Of a stretch of DNA of 64,000 nucleotides, positions 18,695 to 27,649 are shown piece after piece (the first letter of the stretch is position 1; each line of letters begins with the position of its first letter). The translations under genes and the position numbers were made by a program. The stretch spans positions 1,280,001-1,344,000 of the forward strand of contig CAXXFF010000002.1 of assembly GCA_963676835.2 (NCBI GenBank), written 5' to 3'. Source of the DNA: Marispirochaeta sp. GTDB taxonomy: Bacteria > Spirochaetota > Spirochaetia > JC444 > Marispirochaetaceae. The notes under the pieces were generated by a model. That model was given only the letters and a program-made list of their open reading frames with translations, had not been told where the DNA came from and searched no databases.

Positions 18695-19933
18695 TCAGTC
18701 TTCATCCCGGCTGCGATGGTCAATATCTATGCAGAGGATATACTCTTCCTCCTGCCCGCCGGTAAAACCCCGGCTGGCGGTTATACAGATATCGCCGGTT
18801 GCCTTGGAGATATAGGGCTCGGTTATGTAAATTGAAGCGAGCTCTCCCCTGCGGAGAATGTATGTTTTCAGGCTGTGGTCGGTCCCGGCGGGAGCAGGTT
18901 TAAACAGACGATGCTCCTTTTTGGTGAATCCGCTCTGCACAATAGTGGGGGAAACCTGCTTTCCCCGGCTGTCGACAATGTAGGCACAACGGGCAAAACG
19001 GGTGGATCGCAGGGAACTTCTCAGGATAGCCGGAAAATCTGTTGTTTTCTTTCCCTGCAGCCGTTCGGTAAGACGTTCAGCCAGTTCCCGGTGTGTTTCC
19101 GCCAGAAGCTGTTCATGCTCCCTGCGCTCCCGGGCTATGGCTGCGTAATGTTCCGCCAGTGAAAAGATTTTTTCTTCCGGCAGTTGGCTGTACTCCTCTA
19201 TTTTCAGGGGGCTGCTGAAGTATGAACCCTGGAGCAGGTCAACACCAAGTTCCAGGCAGGCAAGGGCATCGGACTCGTCTTCCACTCCCACTGCCACGGT
19301 AAGGGCTCCTACCCGATGGGACAGCTGAATAAGGGCTTTACAGAGTTCCTGTTTATGGTAGCCTCTGCCGGTTCCGTTAACCAGGGTCTGGTCGATTTTG
19401 ATGATATCCGGCTTGAGCATCGGGATGCGCGAGAGATTGGATGTTTCCGGTGATTCATTATCCAGGGCTATAAGAAAACCCTGCTTGCGGTGATAGTTAA
19501 TAAAAAATGAGAGACTGTTTATATCTTCAATCTCATTTTCGTTTATTTCGAGCACCACCTGGTCAGGGCTTATACGGTTCTCCGTCATCATATCCCGCAG
19601 GTATTCAGAGTCGGTGATTCTGTCCAGAACCGCATCGCTGGATATATTTAAAAACAGCAGCGGGCTGTTTTTTTGAGTCGAGGCAAGGCCTGCATAGGTG
19701 GAAATGGCCTTTTGCCGGCAGTGCCGGTCAAGTTCCGCGGCCCGCCCCTCTTCCCGTGCCCGGGTAAAAAGCTCTGCAGGCGGAATTTCTTCCGCTGATA
19801 TGCCTGCGTATCCCCGCGAGAGTGCTTCGAGGCCGATAATAGACCGTTCCCTGATTGAGTAGAGAGGAAGAAATTCCGTCTCCACCCCAACGCTGGTTTG
19901 CAGCCCATCCCGTACAGATAAAGTGATGCTCAT
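18695..19933 (-). CDS. EAL-domain protein with C-terminal sensory domain (YkuI-like), degenerate
   Basis: GLEALSRG, LFLNIS, IIKID, LLQGSYF; DDFG replaced by DNES and AEGVE by AVGVE; C-terminal TEPYISKATG. Confidence 0.82.
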   Translation of the reverse strand: MSITLSVRDGLQTSVGVETEFLPLYSIRERSIIGLEALSRGYAGISAEEIPPAELFTRAREEGRAAELDRHCRQKAISTYAGLASTQKNSPLLFLNISSDAVLDRITDSEYLRDMMTENRISPDQVVLEINENEIEDINSLSFFINYHRKQGFLIALDNESPETSNLSRIPMLKPDIIKIDQTLVNGTGRGYHKQELCKALIQLSHRVGALTVAVGVEDESDALACLELGVDLLQGSYFSSPLKIEEYSQLPEEKIFSLAEHYAAIARERREHEQLLAETHRELAERLTERLQGKKTTDFPAILRSSLRSTRFARCAYIVDSRGKQVSPTIVQSGFTKKEHRLFKPAPAGTDHSLKTYILRRGELASIYITEPYISKATGDICITASRGFTGGQEEEYILCIDIDHRSRDED

Positions 19934-20136
19934 GGCATAAATAGATATGCAATTAATATGCCATCATGAAACACATTTTCAGCATCGATATAAGTGTCTT
20001 TCTGATAAGGAGATACGGAAATATCTATTTTATGGTCTATTTTCCGCTTTTTTATCTGCTACAAAAAGGTAGGCAAAAGAGCTCGATGCAACATTCCTGT
20101 GGCAGCAGTTTCCGCTGTACCCATTGAGGGGCAGAT

Positions 20137-21489
20137 ATGGTACAATTCAGCAGCATAAATATGATGAAAAGCAGCGATATCAAAGAACATGTAGAACTCA
20201 TCAGGGAAGTGTTCAGCTATGTTCACCGGTTTTCCGGTGCGACCTTTGTTTTCAAGGTTGAGTATGAGGTAGCGGAACATCCTCTTTTTCCGGTACTGGT
20301 GAAGGACCTTGCTCTCCTTCACGGTATGGGTATCCGCACAGTAATTATTCCGGGAGCTTCCGGCCGCATTAATGAGGTTCTCGGGCGTTACGGCATTGAA
20401 ACCGAGGTTCATGACGGTATCCGGATTTCCAGTCCCGAGGCTATTCCCTTTATCAAGATGGCGGCTTTTGACGTTTCCAACAAGATAATGACCCTTCTGG
20501 CTGCCAACGGCGCCAATGCGGTTATCGGCAACTGGGTCAGGGCCCGCAGCATGGGTGTTCTCCGGGGGGTAGACTACGGTTCCACCGGGGTGGTTGAAAA
20601 AATAGATACTGTTCTGGTCAACAGGATTCTTGACGAGGGGCTTATTCCCATTCTCCCCTGCATCGGCTGGAGCAGTGTAGGCTCACCCTATAATATCAGC
20701 TCAAATGAACTCTCCCGGGTTACCGCTTCCCAGCTGAAGGCTGAAAAACTTTTTCTGCTGCTGCCGGAGGAGAGACTTCAGGGGCAGGATTTTTCTTTTC
20801 CCGAAGGTGCCACCTATACCCCGGAAGGGCGGATTTCCCGCTTCGATCTTAAATCCGCCGAATCTTTTCTAAAGAGTAATGAGAACAGCAGCGACCGCCG
20901 TCTTCCCTATATTCGGCTTGCCTGCGATACCTGCCGTAACGGTGTGCCCCGGGTGCATATTGTAGACGGCCGTGTGGAAGGGGTGATTCTCAAGGAGATT
21001 TTTTCAAATCTCGGTGTGGGAACCATGGTCCATGGTAATGACTATGATTCCATACGGCCCATGGAGGTTGAGGATATTACCGATGTTCTTCGCATAATGG
21101 AGCCCTTTGTTTCCAGCGAAATCCTGGTTCGTCGTACCGGTGCGGATCTTGAAAAGAATCTGAGAGATTTTGTGGTCTACGAAATGGACTCTTCCGTACA
21201 CGGCTGTGGTGCCATGCATCGCTACCCGGATGGTTCCGGCGAAATTGCCGCCATTGCGGTAGACGGCCGTTATGACCGTCTCGGACTGGGCTACAAGATT
21301 GTTTCCTATCTTGTGGAAACTGCCCGTGTCGAGGGCTTGAAGAATGTTTTTGTTCTTACCACCCAGACCTCGGACTGGTTTGAGCGCCTCGGTTTTGAAG
21401 AAGGCGGTCTTGATTCAATCCCGGCGGAAAAACGGGAACGCTATGACCGTAAACGGAACTCACGGATTTATGTAAAAAATCTCGAATAG
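20137..21489 (+). CDS. argA: Amino-acid N-acetyltransferase (N-acetylglutamate synthase, AAK plus GNAT); start may be 20161/20164
   Basis: AAK domain, GVPRVHIVDG, EIFSNLGVGTM, GNAT with VFVLTTQTSDWF, YDRKRNSRI. Confidence 0.9.
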   Translation: MVQFSSINMMKSSDIKEHVELIREVFSYVHRFSGATFVFKVEYEVAEHPLFPVLVKDLALLHGMGIRTVIIPGASGRINEVLGRYGIETEVHDGIRISSPEAIPFIKMAAFDVSNKIMTLLAANGANAVIGNWVRARSMGVLRGVDYGSTGVVEKIDTVLVNRILDEGLIPILPCIGWSSVGSPYNISSNELSRVTASQLKAEKLFLLLPEERLQGQDFSFPEGATYTPEGRISRFDLKSAESFLKSNENSSDRRLPYIRLACDTCRNGVPRVHIVDGRVEGVILKEIFSNLGVGTMVHGNDYDSIRPMEVEDITDVLRIMEPFVSSEILVRRTGADLEKNLRDFVVYEMDSSVHGCGAMHRYPDGSGEIAAIAVDGRYDRLGLGYKIVSYLVETARVEGLKNVFVLTTQTSDWFERLGFEEGGLDSIPAEKRERYDRKRNSRIYVKNLE

Positions 21490-21547
21490 AGACCTGAATA
21501 GATAACGAGAGATTATAAGAGATGAAAAGAATAAGAGGAGGATTTGT

Positions 21548-22231
21548 ATGGAAATAACTCCCGAAAAGCTCGCAGCTTACATTGACCACACCCTGCTGAA
21601 AGCAGATGCCCGGGCAGAACAGATTGATGTCCTGTGCAGTGAGGCAAAGGAGTATAATTTCTGCTCCGTCTGTGTAAATACCAGCAGGGTTTCCCGCTGT
21701 GTGGAAAACCTTAAGGGTTCATCCGTAAAAGTCTGCTGTGTTGTAGGCTTTCCCCTGGGGGCCATGAGCACTGAGGCAAAAGCCTTTGAAGCAGAGCAGG
21801 CCGTAGCTGCCGGAGCCGGTGAGGTGGACATGGTTATAAATATCGGCCGCCTCAAGGACGGGGAACTTGCCTGGGTGGAAGATGACATCCGCAGGGTAAA
21901 AAAGGCCTGCGGTACCAAAGCACTCCTCAAGGTGATAATAGAAACTGCTCTGCTTACAGAAGAGGAGATAGTACTTGCTTCAGAGATTGTAAAAAAAGCC
22001 GGTGCCGATTTTGTTAAAACATCTACCGGCTTTTCCACCCATGGGGCGACTGTTGAACATGTGAAGCTTATGCGCAAAACCGTAGGCCCCGAGATGGGGG
22101 TAAAGGCTGCGGGGGGGGTACGTACCTATGAGGATGCCCTTGCCATGATAGAAGCGGGAGCCACCCGGCTCGGTACCAGCGGCGGTGTACAGATTGTTCA
22201 GGGCGGCACTATAGAAAAAGGAACCTATTGA
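21548..22231 (+). CDS. deoC: Deoxyribose-phosphate aldolase
   Basis: [46 protein letters not shown]. Confidence 0.96.
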   Translation: MEITPEKLAAYIDHTLLKADARAEQIDVLCSEAKEYNFCSVCVNTSRVSRCVENLKGSSVKVCCVVGFPLGAMSTEAKAFEAEQAVAAGAGEVDMVINIGRLKDGELAWVEDDIRRVKKACGTKALLKVIIETALLTEEEIVLASEIVKKAGADFVKTSTGFSTHGATVEHVKLMRKTVGPEMGVKAAGGVRTYEDALAMIEAGATRLGTSGGVQIVQGGTIEKGTY

Positions 22232-22251
22232 TTATTTCCTATACCCGAACT

Positions 22252-22300
22252 ATGGGGTCCGTGGATCCGGTCTCGTCTATGCCGGGTTCATGGACTCCAT
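22252..22300 (+). terminator. 19-bp stem-loop after deoC (terminator or stabiliser)
   Basis: ATGGGGTCCGTGGATCCGG / CCGGGTTCATGGACTCCAT; all four mismatches are G-U wobbles on the + strand. Confidence 0.6.
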
Positions 22301-22312
22301 GAAAGCGGCGGT

Positions 22313-23092
22313 TTATTGAAAAAACCGCTGTACCAGCAGATTTAAAATAGTAGCAGCTACAACAATCAGAAAAAATATCCGGATAAACCCGGTTCCCCGT
22401 CGTATAACAAAATGCGTCCCCAACCAGGCTCCTGTCAGCTGTGCGCCTCCCATTACCAGCCCTAAAAGCGGCATTATTGTTCCCGCCATTGCAAAGAAAG
22501 CCAGAGAGACAATATTGCTGGTCAGGTTCATAACCTTGGTAGTGGCAGTGGCTTTTTTCAGGTTCATGCCACCTATCAGTGCCAGAGCCAAGGTCCAGAA
22601 GGATCCCGTGCCGGGTCCGAAGAAGCCATCGTAAAATCCTATGCTGAGTCCAAGGAGAATAAACATCGGCAGAACGGGCAGCCTGCTCTCCTTGTCTGCT
22701 TCTCCCAGTTTCGGGCTGAATATCATGTAAATAAATATTCCCAGAAGCAGAACCGGCAGTGCCGTGCGGAGAAAGCCCGCATCCAAATGCTGGACTGCCA
22801 GGGTTCCGATCCCTGCACCGATGAAGGTTGCAAATATGCCTGTTTTCACCCGTCTGAACGAGACCAGTCCGCCGTGACGGTAGCGCAGAGATGCGGTGAG
22901 GCTGCCGAAGCTGGCCTGCATTTTATTGGTACCCAGGGCAAAGTGGGGAGGGATTCCAGCTGAAAGCAGCAGGGGCAGGGTGATAATTCCTCCCCCGCCG
23001 GCAATGGAGTCTACAAAACCCGCTAAAAGAGCACCCCCGGCCAGAAGCAGGTAGTGCAGAAGCCCAAGGTCGGGAATTGCTCCCGGGATCAT
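22313..23092 (-). CDS. TSUP (TauE/SafE, YfcA-like) transporter
   Basis: AGFVDSIAGGGG, ALGTNK, IGFYDGFFGPGTGSF. Confidence 0.9.
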   Translation of the reverse strand: MIPGAIPDLGLLHYLLLAGGALLAGFVDSIAGGGGIITLPLLLSAGIPPHFALGTNKMQASFGSLTASLRYRHGGLVSFRRVKTGIFATFIGAGIGTLAVQHLDAGFLRTALPVLLLGIFIYMIFSPKLGEADKESRLPVLPMFILLGLSIGFYDGFFGPGTGSFWTLALALIGGMNLKKATATTKVMNLTSNIVSLAFFAMAGTIMPLLGLVMGGAQLTGAWLGTHFVIRRGTGFIRIFFLIVVAATILNLLVQRFFQ

Positions 23093-23406
23093 TCCTTTTC
23101 TATTACCACAGAAACATCTTTCGCCAGTGCCAGGCCTGCCTCGGCTTCAATGGCTTTTATAATTGCCGCCGGTACCGGGCAGGCTGCGTGTTTGAAATTT
23201 TCATCCGCAGCCTGATACACCGGGGATGCTGAAAATTTGGCAAAGCAGACCTGGTATGCATCAACTGTCTTCAGCGCTTCATTCAGTGCCGTGATGCTGG
23301 GGCATACAGATTCAATCTCCAGGTTTACCATTTGCCCATCTTCGCTTACCGCTTTAATAGTTGAGATCATTCCACAGATCCCGGGATGTACCTTAACAAT
23401 GGTCAT
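23089..23406 (-). CDS. Small Cys-containing protein (resembles DUF6951)
   Basis: PGICG, ESVCP, HAACPVP motifs; overlaps both neighbours by 4 bp. Confidence 0.7.
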   Translation of the reverse strand: MTIVKVHPGICGMISTIKAVSEDGQMVNLEIESVCPSITALNEALKTVDAYQVCFAKFSASPVYQAADENFKHAACPVPAAIIKAIEAEAGLALAKDVSVVIEKE

Positions 23407-24881
23407 ATTAACTCCAGTACACGTGAATATTCCAGCTTCATCTCAACTATAAGCTGGTTTACTTTTTCTTCTGAGTGCAGTTTAAAGGTGTTTATAACCT
23501 CAGCGGACATATGGTCAAGGAGAGCATGTTCTCTGTCGAGATCATCAAGAAAATTGGCGCAATAAACGGTGTAAACCAGCTCTTTGTCCGCCCCGCTGCA
23601 GGCTTCTGGATTATGGTGGTACCTGATTGTATTAATTATACCTTGAGGAAAATCCCAGCTTTCTGCCATCTGGGCTCCCACTTCCGCATGGTGGGTTCCC
23701 AGGGCAAAGCGTTCAAACTCCTCGGCGGGCATCTTTTTCTCTACACTGAAGCGGCGGAGTTTGTCAAAGAGATCGGGAGAAAGAAAATCGACCAGAACCC
23801 TGCCCAGGTCATGGAGAAGACTGGCTGAATAGACCGTCTCGTAAATACCTTTCAGGTTATACCGCCGGGCCAGGGCTGCGGCAAAGACGGCGACGCGGTG
23901 GCTGTGTTCCCAGAGATCTTTCATTTCGCCGTAGCGCTCTGTTACCAGGGAAACCGTTCCGTAGGCTGTCACCAGATCGCGTATACCTTTCAGTCCTACC
24001 AGTTTTACCGCTTCCTGAATGGTCTGTACCTTCCGGTTAACTCCGAAGGAGGCGGAGTTTACCATTTTCAGCAGCTCCGCTGCCATTCCCGGATCCGCAC
24101 TTATACTGCGCTCGATTTTTGCGAAATTGATCTCGGGGTCTTTAATCATCTCCTGGAGTGCGCGCATGTTCTCATCAAACTGGGGAATAAGTTCCAGCTC
24201 GCTTTCTATCCGTTCTGTCAGCTCTTTAAGCTGTCTGACGAAAAGATCATGTCTGGGAAGTTTTATTGTGGCTACGGTTGTTTCGTTAATACCCCTGATG
24301 GAAAACGCATGATTATCAAGACCTATCTTCCGGAGCATGAGTACCAGCATTACCAGGCCCAGCCCTGCTCCTTCGGATGAATCGAGGACTGTCTGAAATG
24401 CCTCCTCAACGGAGTCGAAGGTGTTTGACCGGGAAATCCGTTCCCTGATTCTTTCCTCTTCCTCGGGTGAAATAAGCACATTGTTGACAATGGTAATGTA
24501 GAAATGCTCCTGGTCTACCTCAAAACTGGTTCGGACATACAGCCCTTCATTTTTAAGCTGCTCCTCATACTGCTGTATATTGGTGTAGACCTCGTCTTTG
24601 AAGCCCTCCATCCCCGAGGTGTATTCGTCGTGGTTGTCCAGGTTAAGGCCGCGGTTTTTAAAGTAGATCCGTTTAAGATTGGCTTTTTTGCCGTTTTCCA
24701 CCAGTTCCCGGACGGCATAAAAAAATTGAAAATAGTAGTCCTGTAGATGAATTCTGCGGAGGTAGAGCTCAAGGATTTTGCCGATGCCTTCGATTGAGGA
24801 TGCCGATGCTTTGTAGGCGGTGAGGCCTACGGGCTCGTAATTCTGTATGGACTCGATAATCTTCCGTATGTCGATTGCCAC
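23403..24881 (-). CDS. HATPase-like domain fused to an HDOD domain
   Basis: ELVENGKKAN N-box and GAGLGL G-box; DPGMAAELLKMVNSA, LWEHS, LLHDLGR, IRYHHNP. Confidence 0.85.
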   Translation of the reverse strand: MAIDIRKIIESIQNYEPVGLTAYKASASSIEGIGKILELYLRRIHLQDYYFQFFYAVRELVENGKKANLKRIYFKNRGLNLDNHDEYTSGMEGFKDEVYTNIQQYEEQLKNEGLYVRTSFEVDQEHFYITIVNNVLISPEEEERIRERISRSNTFDSVEEAFQTVLDSSEGAGLGLVMLVLMLRKIGLDNHAFSIRGINETTVATIKLPRHDLFVRQLKELTERIESELELIPQFDENMRALQEMIKDPEINFAKIERSISADPGMAAELLKMVNSASFGVNRKVQTIQEAVKLVGLKGIRDLVTAYGTVSLVTERYGEMKDLWEHSHRVAVFAAALARRYNLKGIYETVYSASLLHDLGRVLVDFLSPDLFDKLRRFSVEKKMPAEEFERFALGTHHAEVGAQMAESWDFPQGIINTIRYHHNPEACSGADKELVYTVYCANFLDDLDREHALLDHMSAEVINTFKLHSEEKVNQLIVEMKLEYSRVLELI

Positions 24882-25091
24882 CGGAGCTCCCCATCCTTGT
24901 CTTTTTACTGCTTATTCTATCATACAGTATATTCAGCTGTATGCTGATGTAAAATGTTCGGGTAAATAAAAAAATGTTATGCTTGCAAACTCCAGCTAAA
25001 TCTATACATAAATGTGTTTCCATGCTAATACTGCGCAAATACGTTGATATGCAGAGAAAAAAGAGATAATAAATACACACAAGGTAAGTAA

Positions 25092-25688
25092 ATGAATAAA
25101 AAACAGCTGTTCCCTCTATTGATGTTCTTCGTACTGTCCGGGATTCTCTCCGCTGAAACCATTGTAAGTGTCGGTATTGGGCTGGATCAGACGGTAAAAA
25201 CGTGGACCGGCGGGACCTATGACCAGGTCCTCACTGCCACCAGCACCTGCGGCAGCGTCTCGTTCTATTCCGGTGAAAGATACGGGGTTCTTGCCGATGT
25301 CAGTATTGCTGTACCCATGCTGCTGCAGCTGGACCAGTATGGTGCCAGTAACACCGAAGAGATAGACTCAGGGGTCATCCTTGATATACTTGCCGGCCCG
25401 GGAATGTATGTTGTAGAGGGTCCTGACACAGCCTTTCTTCTATGTGCCGGGCTGCATGTTGTGTATGAAGAATATTCTGCTGCCGGAATAGATTACCGTT
25501 TTCTTAGTGCCGGATTGGGGCTGGATGGTCAGCTGCACTATACACTGACGAAAAATCTCTTTCTGAAAGGTGGAATAGAGCTGGCCTATGATCTTTTTAA
25601 GCTGCATGCTGATCCATCTTTTGGAAGCCTCACCTATTGGGGAACCTTCAGTATTGTGCCCTCATTAGGGGCTGGACTCCGGTTCTGA
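25092..25688 (+). CDS. Putative small outer-membrane beta-barrel protein
   Basis: Signal peptide, alternating beta-strands, C-terminal LGAGLRF. Confidence 0.7.
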   Translation: MNKKQLFPLLMFFVLSGILSAETIVSVGIGLDQTVKTWTGGTYDQVLTATSTCGSVSFYSGERYGVLADVSIAVPMLLQLDQYGASNTEEIDSGVILDILAGPGMYVVEGPDTAFLLCAGLHVVYEEYSAAGIDYRFLSAGLGLDGQLHYTLTKNLFLKGGIELAYDLFKLHADPSFGSLTYWGTFSIVPSLGAGLRF

Positions 25689-25739
25689 TTCTCAGCTGTA
25701 CCGCTGTACAGCTTAAGGTCTTCGGTATAGCCTGTAGGG

Positions 25740-26618
25740 GTGGATATCTACGAACTGAAATTCTTCCTCGCTGCGGCGGAATCTCTCCATTTCGGCAGGG
25801 CAAGTCAGGCCTGTAATATCAGCCCCTCCGCTCTGAGCCGCGCCATTATGCGCATGGAAGATGAGGTCGGAGAACCCCTTTTCAACCGGGACCGCCGCGG
25901 AGTTCAGCTGACTGAAGCCGGCAGGCGTTTCCGCGAATATGCCCGCAGCGCCGTGCAGGGCTGGGAGGAGCTCCGCCGGGGCGTTCATTCCGCGGAGCTC
26001 ACAGGGGAAATACGTATCTACTGCTCGGTTACTGCCTGTTACAGCGTGCTTCCTTCCATCCTCTCCCGTTTTCGGGAGGCATACCCGGGAATTCATATAA
26101 AGCTTCAGACCGGTGTAGCCGCCGATGCGGTAGGTACGGTCAGTTCAGGCGATGTGGATATGGCGGTAATAGCCCGTCCCGATTCTCTGCCTTCAGGCCT
26201 GCTCTTCCGGGAACTGACAACCACCCCACTGGTATTTGTCGCACCCCGTCAGGATTGGGAGTTTCGGGAGGCCCTTGATACGAATCCTGTCCCCTGGTCG
26301 ACAATTCCCATGATTCTGCCGGAGAGGGGGCTTATGCGTATGCGGGTAAACCGCTGGTTCCGGGAACAGGGGGAGACTCCCAGGGTTTATGCCGAAGTTG
26401 CCGGTAATGAGGCGATTCTTGCCCTGGTAAGCCTTAACTGCGGTGTAGGGGTGGTCCCCCGGCTGGTTATCGAGCAGAGCCCTGTGGCAAGAAAGGTGAA
26501 AACTCTTAAGGTAAAACCGCCTCTCACAGCCTATTCGGTGGGAATGTGCGCCCGCAAAGGCAGTCTTCAGACAAAGGCTCTTCAGGCATTCTGGGATATC
26601 GGGAGCGGGGAAGCATAA
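25740..26618 (+). CDS. ilvY: LysR-family regulator, IlvY-like
   Basis: LHFGRASQACNISPSALSR, IYCSVTACYS, IKLQTG, YAEVAGNEAI pattern typical of IlvY. Confidence 0.8.
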   Translation: MDIYELKFFLAAAESLHFGRASQACNISPSALSRAIMRMEDEVGEPLFNRDRRGVQLTEAGRRFREYARSAVQGWEELRRGVHSAELTGEIRIYCSVTACYSVLPSILSRFREAYPGIHIKLQTGVAADAVGTVSSGDVDMAVIARPDSLPSGLLFRELTTTPLVFVAPRQDWEFREALDTNPVPWSTIPMILPERGLMRMRVNRWFREQGETPRVYAEVAGNEAILALVSLNCGVGVVPRLVIEQSPVARKVKTLKVKPPLTAYSVGMCARKGSLQTKALQAFWDIGSGEA

Positions 26619-26756
26619 AAAATGCCGGTCTCCTGCATAAATGCGGTTAACCGGCTATATATTATGCCGGTCTCCTCTAAAAGAGGTTAGCCGGCGTTCC
26701 ATATGTTGGGGTAAGCGCTTCTGTTCATGGAAGGCCTCCTTGTTCCAACGTGGTAT
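26617..26756 (-). ncRNA. Candidate ~140-nt small transcript (sRNA or micropeptide mRNA) with twin hairpins
   Basis: Own promoter, AGGAGG plus 13-codon ORF, two homologous GCCGGYTAACC...GGAGACCGGC hairpins, terminal T6. Confidence 0.5.
26687..26728 (-). CDS. Candidate micropeptide MNRSAYPNIWNAG
   Basis: AGGAGG (26735-26740) 6 nt before ATG; TAA stop lies inside the first hairpin. Confidence 0.35.
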   Translation of the reverse strand: MNRSAYPNIWNAG

Positions 26757-26762
26757 AAGTGC

Positions 26763-26792
26763 ATCATAACAATCCGGGATTTTAGGTGTCAA
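26763..26792 (-). promoter_or_regulatory. sigma70-type promoter of the small transcript
   Basis: TTGACA, 18 bp spacer, extended -10 TGtTATGAT. Confidence 0.6.
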
Positions 26793-26942
26793 TAGGCGCG
26801 GCTTTCCTGCATCGTCGGCACGGGGGGGGGTACCAGTGCACTTTAAGGCCTCGCAGTTTCTGTGATAGCAGTAAATGTTGTATTTTGAGGAATTTAATCC
26901 TCAAAATAGTGGGTATTAAGGAGTTTGTGGATTCGAATCCAC

Positions 26943-26971
26943 AAAAAAAGGGCGGCAAAACACGCCGCCCT
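26943..26971 (-). terminator. Intrinsic terminator of the flavoprotein gene
   Basis: AGGGCGGC/GCCGCCCT stem followed by a T-run on the minus strand. Confidence 0.8.
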
Positions 26972-26991
26972 CTAAAAAAGCATAAAAAATG

Positions 26992-27612
26992 CTATCTGAT
27001 AAAATTCGTCTTTGCCTTTGCTTCCTGCTCCGGATATGGCACAGTAGCTTTTGCTGTATCCAGACATTTTACCAGCCAGGCCATGTTCCGGCCCAGAACC
27101 CGCATTGTCTGCAGTCCTTCTTCATCCTGCTCTGTCTGTTCAGCCTTGATACCATGGGTGCCATTCCAGTAATTGGAGGTTACCAGGGGCATCTGGGCGT
27201 AGGTCAGGTATTTGTTCAGCCGGTCGAAGGCGGCGCTATTTCCGCCTCGTCTGCAGTTGGAGATCGCCGCTGCGGGTTTGAAGGCATAGGGTGTGGTTTT
27301 CATGTAGAACATGCGGTCCAGAAACGCACAGACTGAGGCATTGGGACCGGCAAAGTAGACCGGTGAACCTACAATAAGGCCGTCTGCTTTTTTGAGCATA
27401 TCTATTGCTTCGTTTACCCCATCGTCGGTGTATTTGCAGTAGCCGGTTTTTACACAGGCCGAGCAGGCGGTGCAGCCCTTTATTCCCTCTTTGCCTATAT
27501 GCAGCATGGTTGTTTCAATGCCGGCTTTTTCAATTTCTCCTGCAGCTTCCGTCAGGGCACGATGGGTGCTCCCGTTTTCGTGGGGGCTTCCATTGATCAG
27601 TAGTACATTCAT
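26992..27612 (-). CDS. Flavodoxin-family iron-sulfur flavoprotein / NADPH-dependent FMN reductase
   Basis: INGSPH, CTACSAC-x5-C, GSPVYF, RRGG; start moved to ATG 27612. Confidence 0.88.
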   Translation of the reverse strand: MNVLLINGSPHENGSTHRALTEAAGEIEKAGIETTMLHIGKEGIKGCTACSACVKTGYCKYTDDGVNEAIDMLKKADGLIVGSPVYFAGPNASVCAFLDRMFYMKTTPYAFKPAAAISNCRRGGNSAAFDRLNKYLTYAQMPLVTSNYWNGTHGIKAEQTEQDEEGLQTMRVLGRNMAWLVKCLDTAKATVPYPEQEAKAKTNFIR

Positions 27613-27649
27613 TCTGTTTCTCTCTCCATTTGATTCGCTGTTCGTTTTT

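Noticed and set aside
19931..19965. Possible ARG box upstream of argA
   Set aside because: Only weak resemblance to TGAATWWWWATTCA in AT-rich DNA
26624..26695. Twin repeats as a mini CRISPR array or known riboswitch
   Set aside because: Only two units with a 10-nt gap and variable interiors, no cas genes, no downstream co-oriented gene, and no match to riboswitch consensus sequences I can recall
26786..27172. 128-aa plus-strand ORF across the intergenic palindromes
   Set aside because: Runs through a terminator and antisense into the flavoprotein gene; no RBS or recognisable domain
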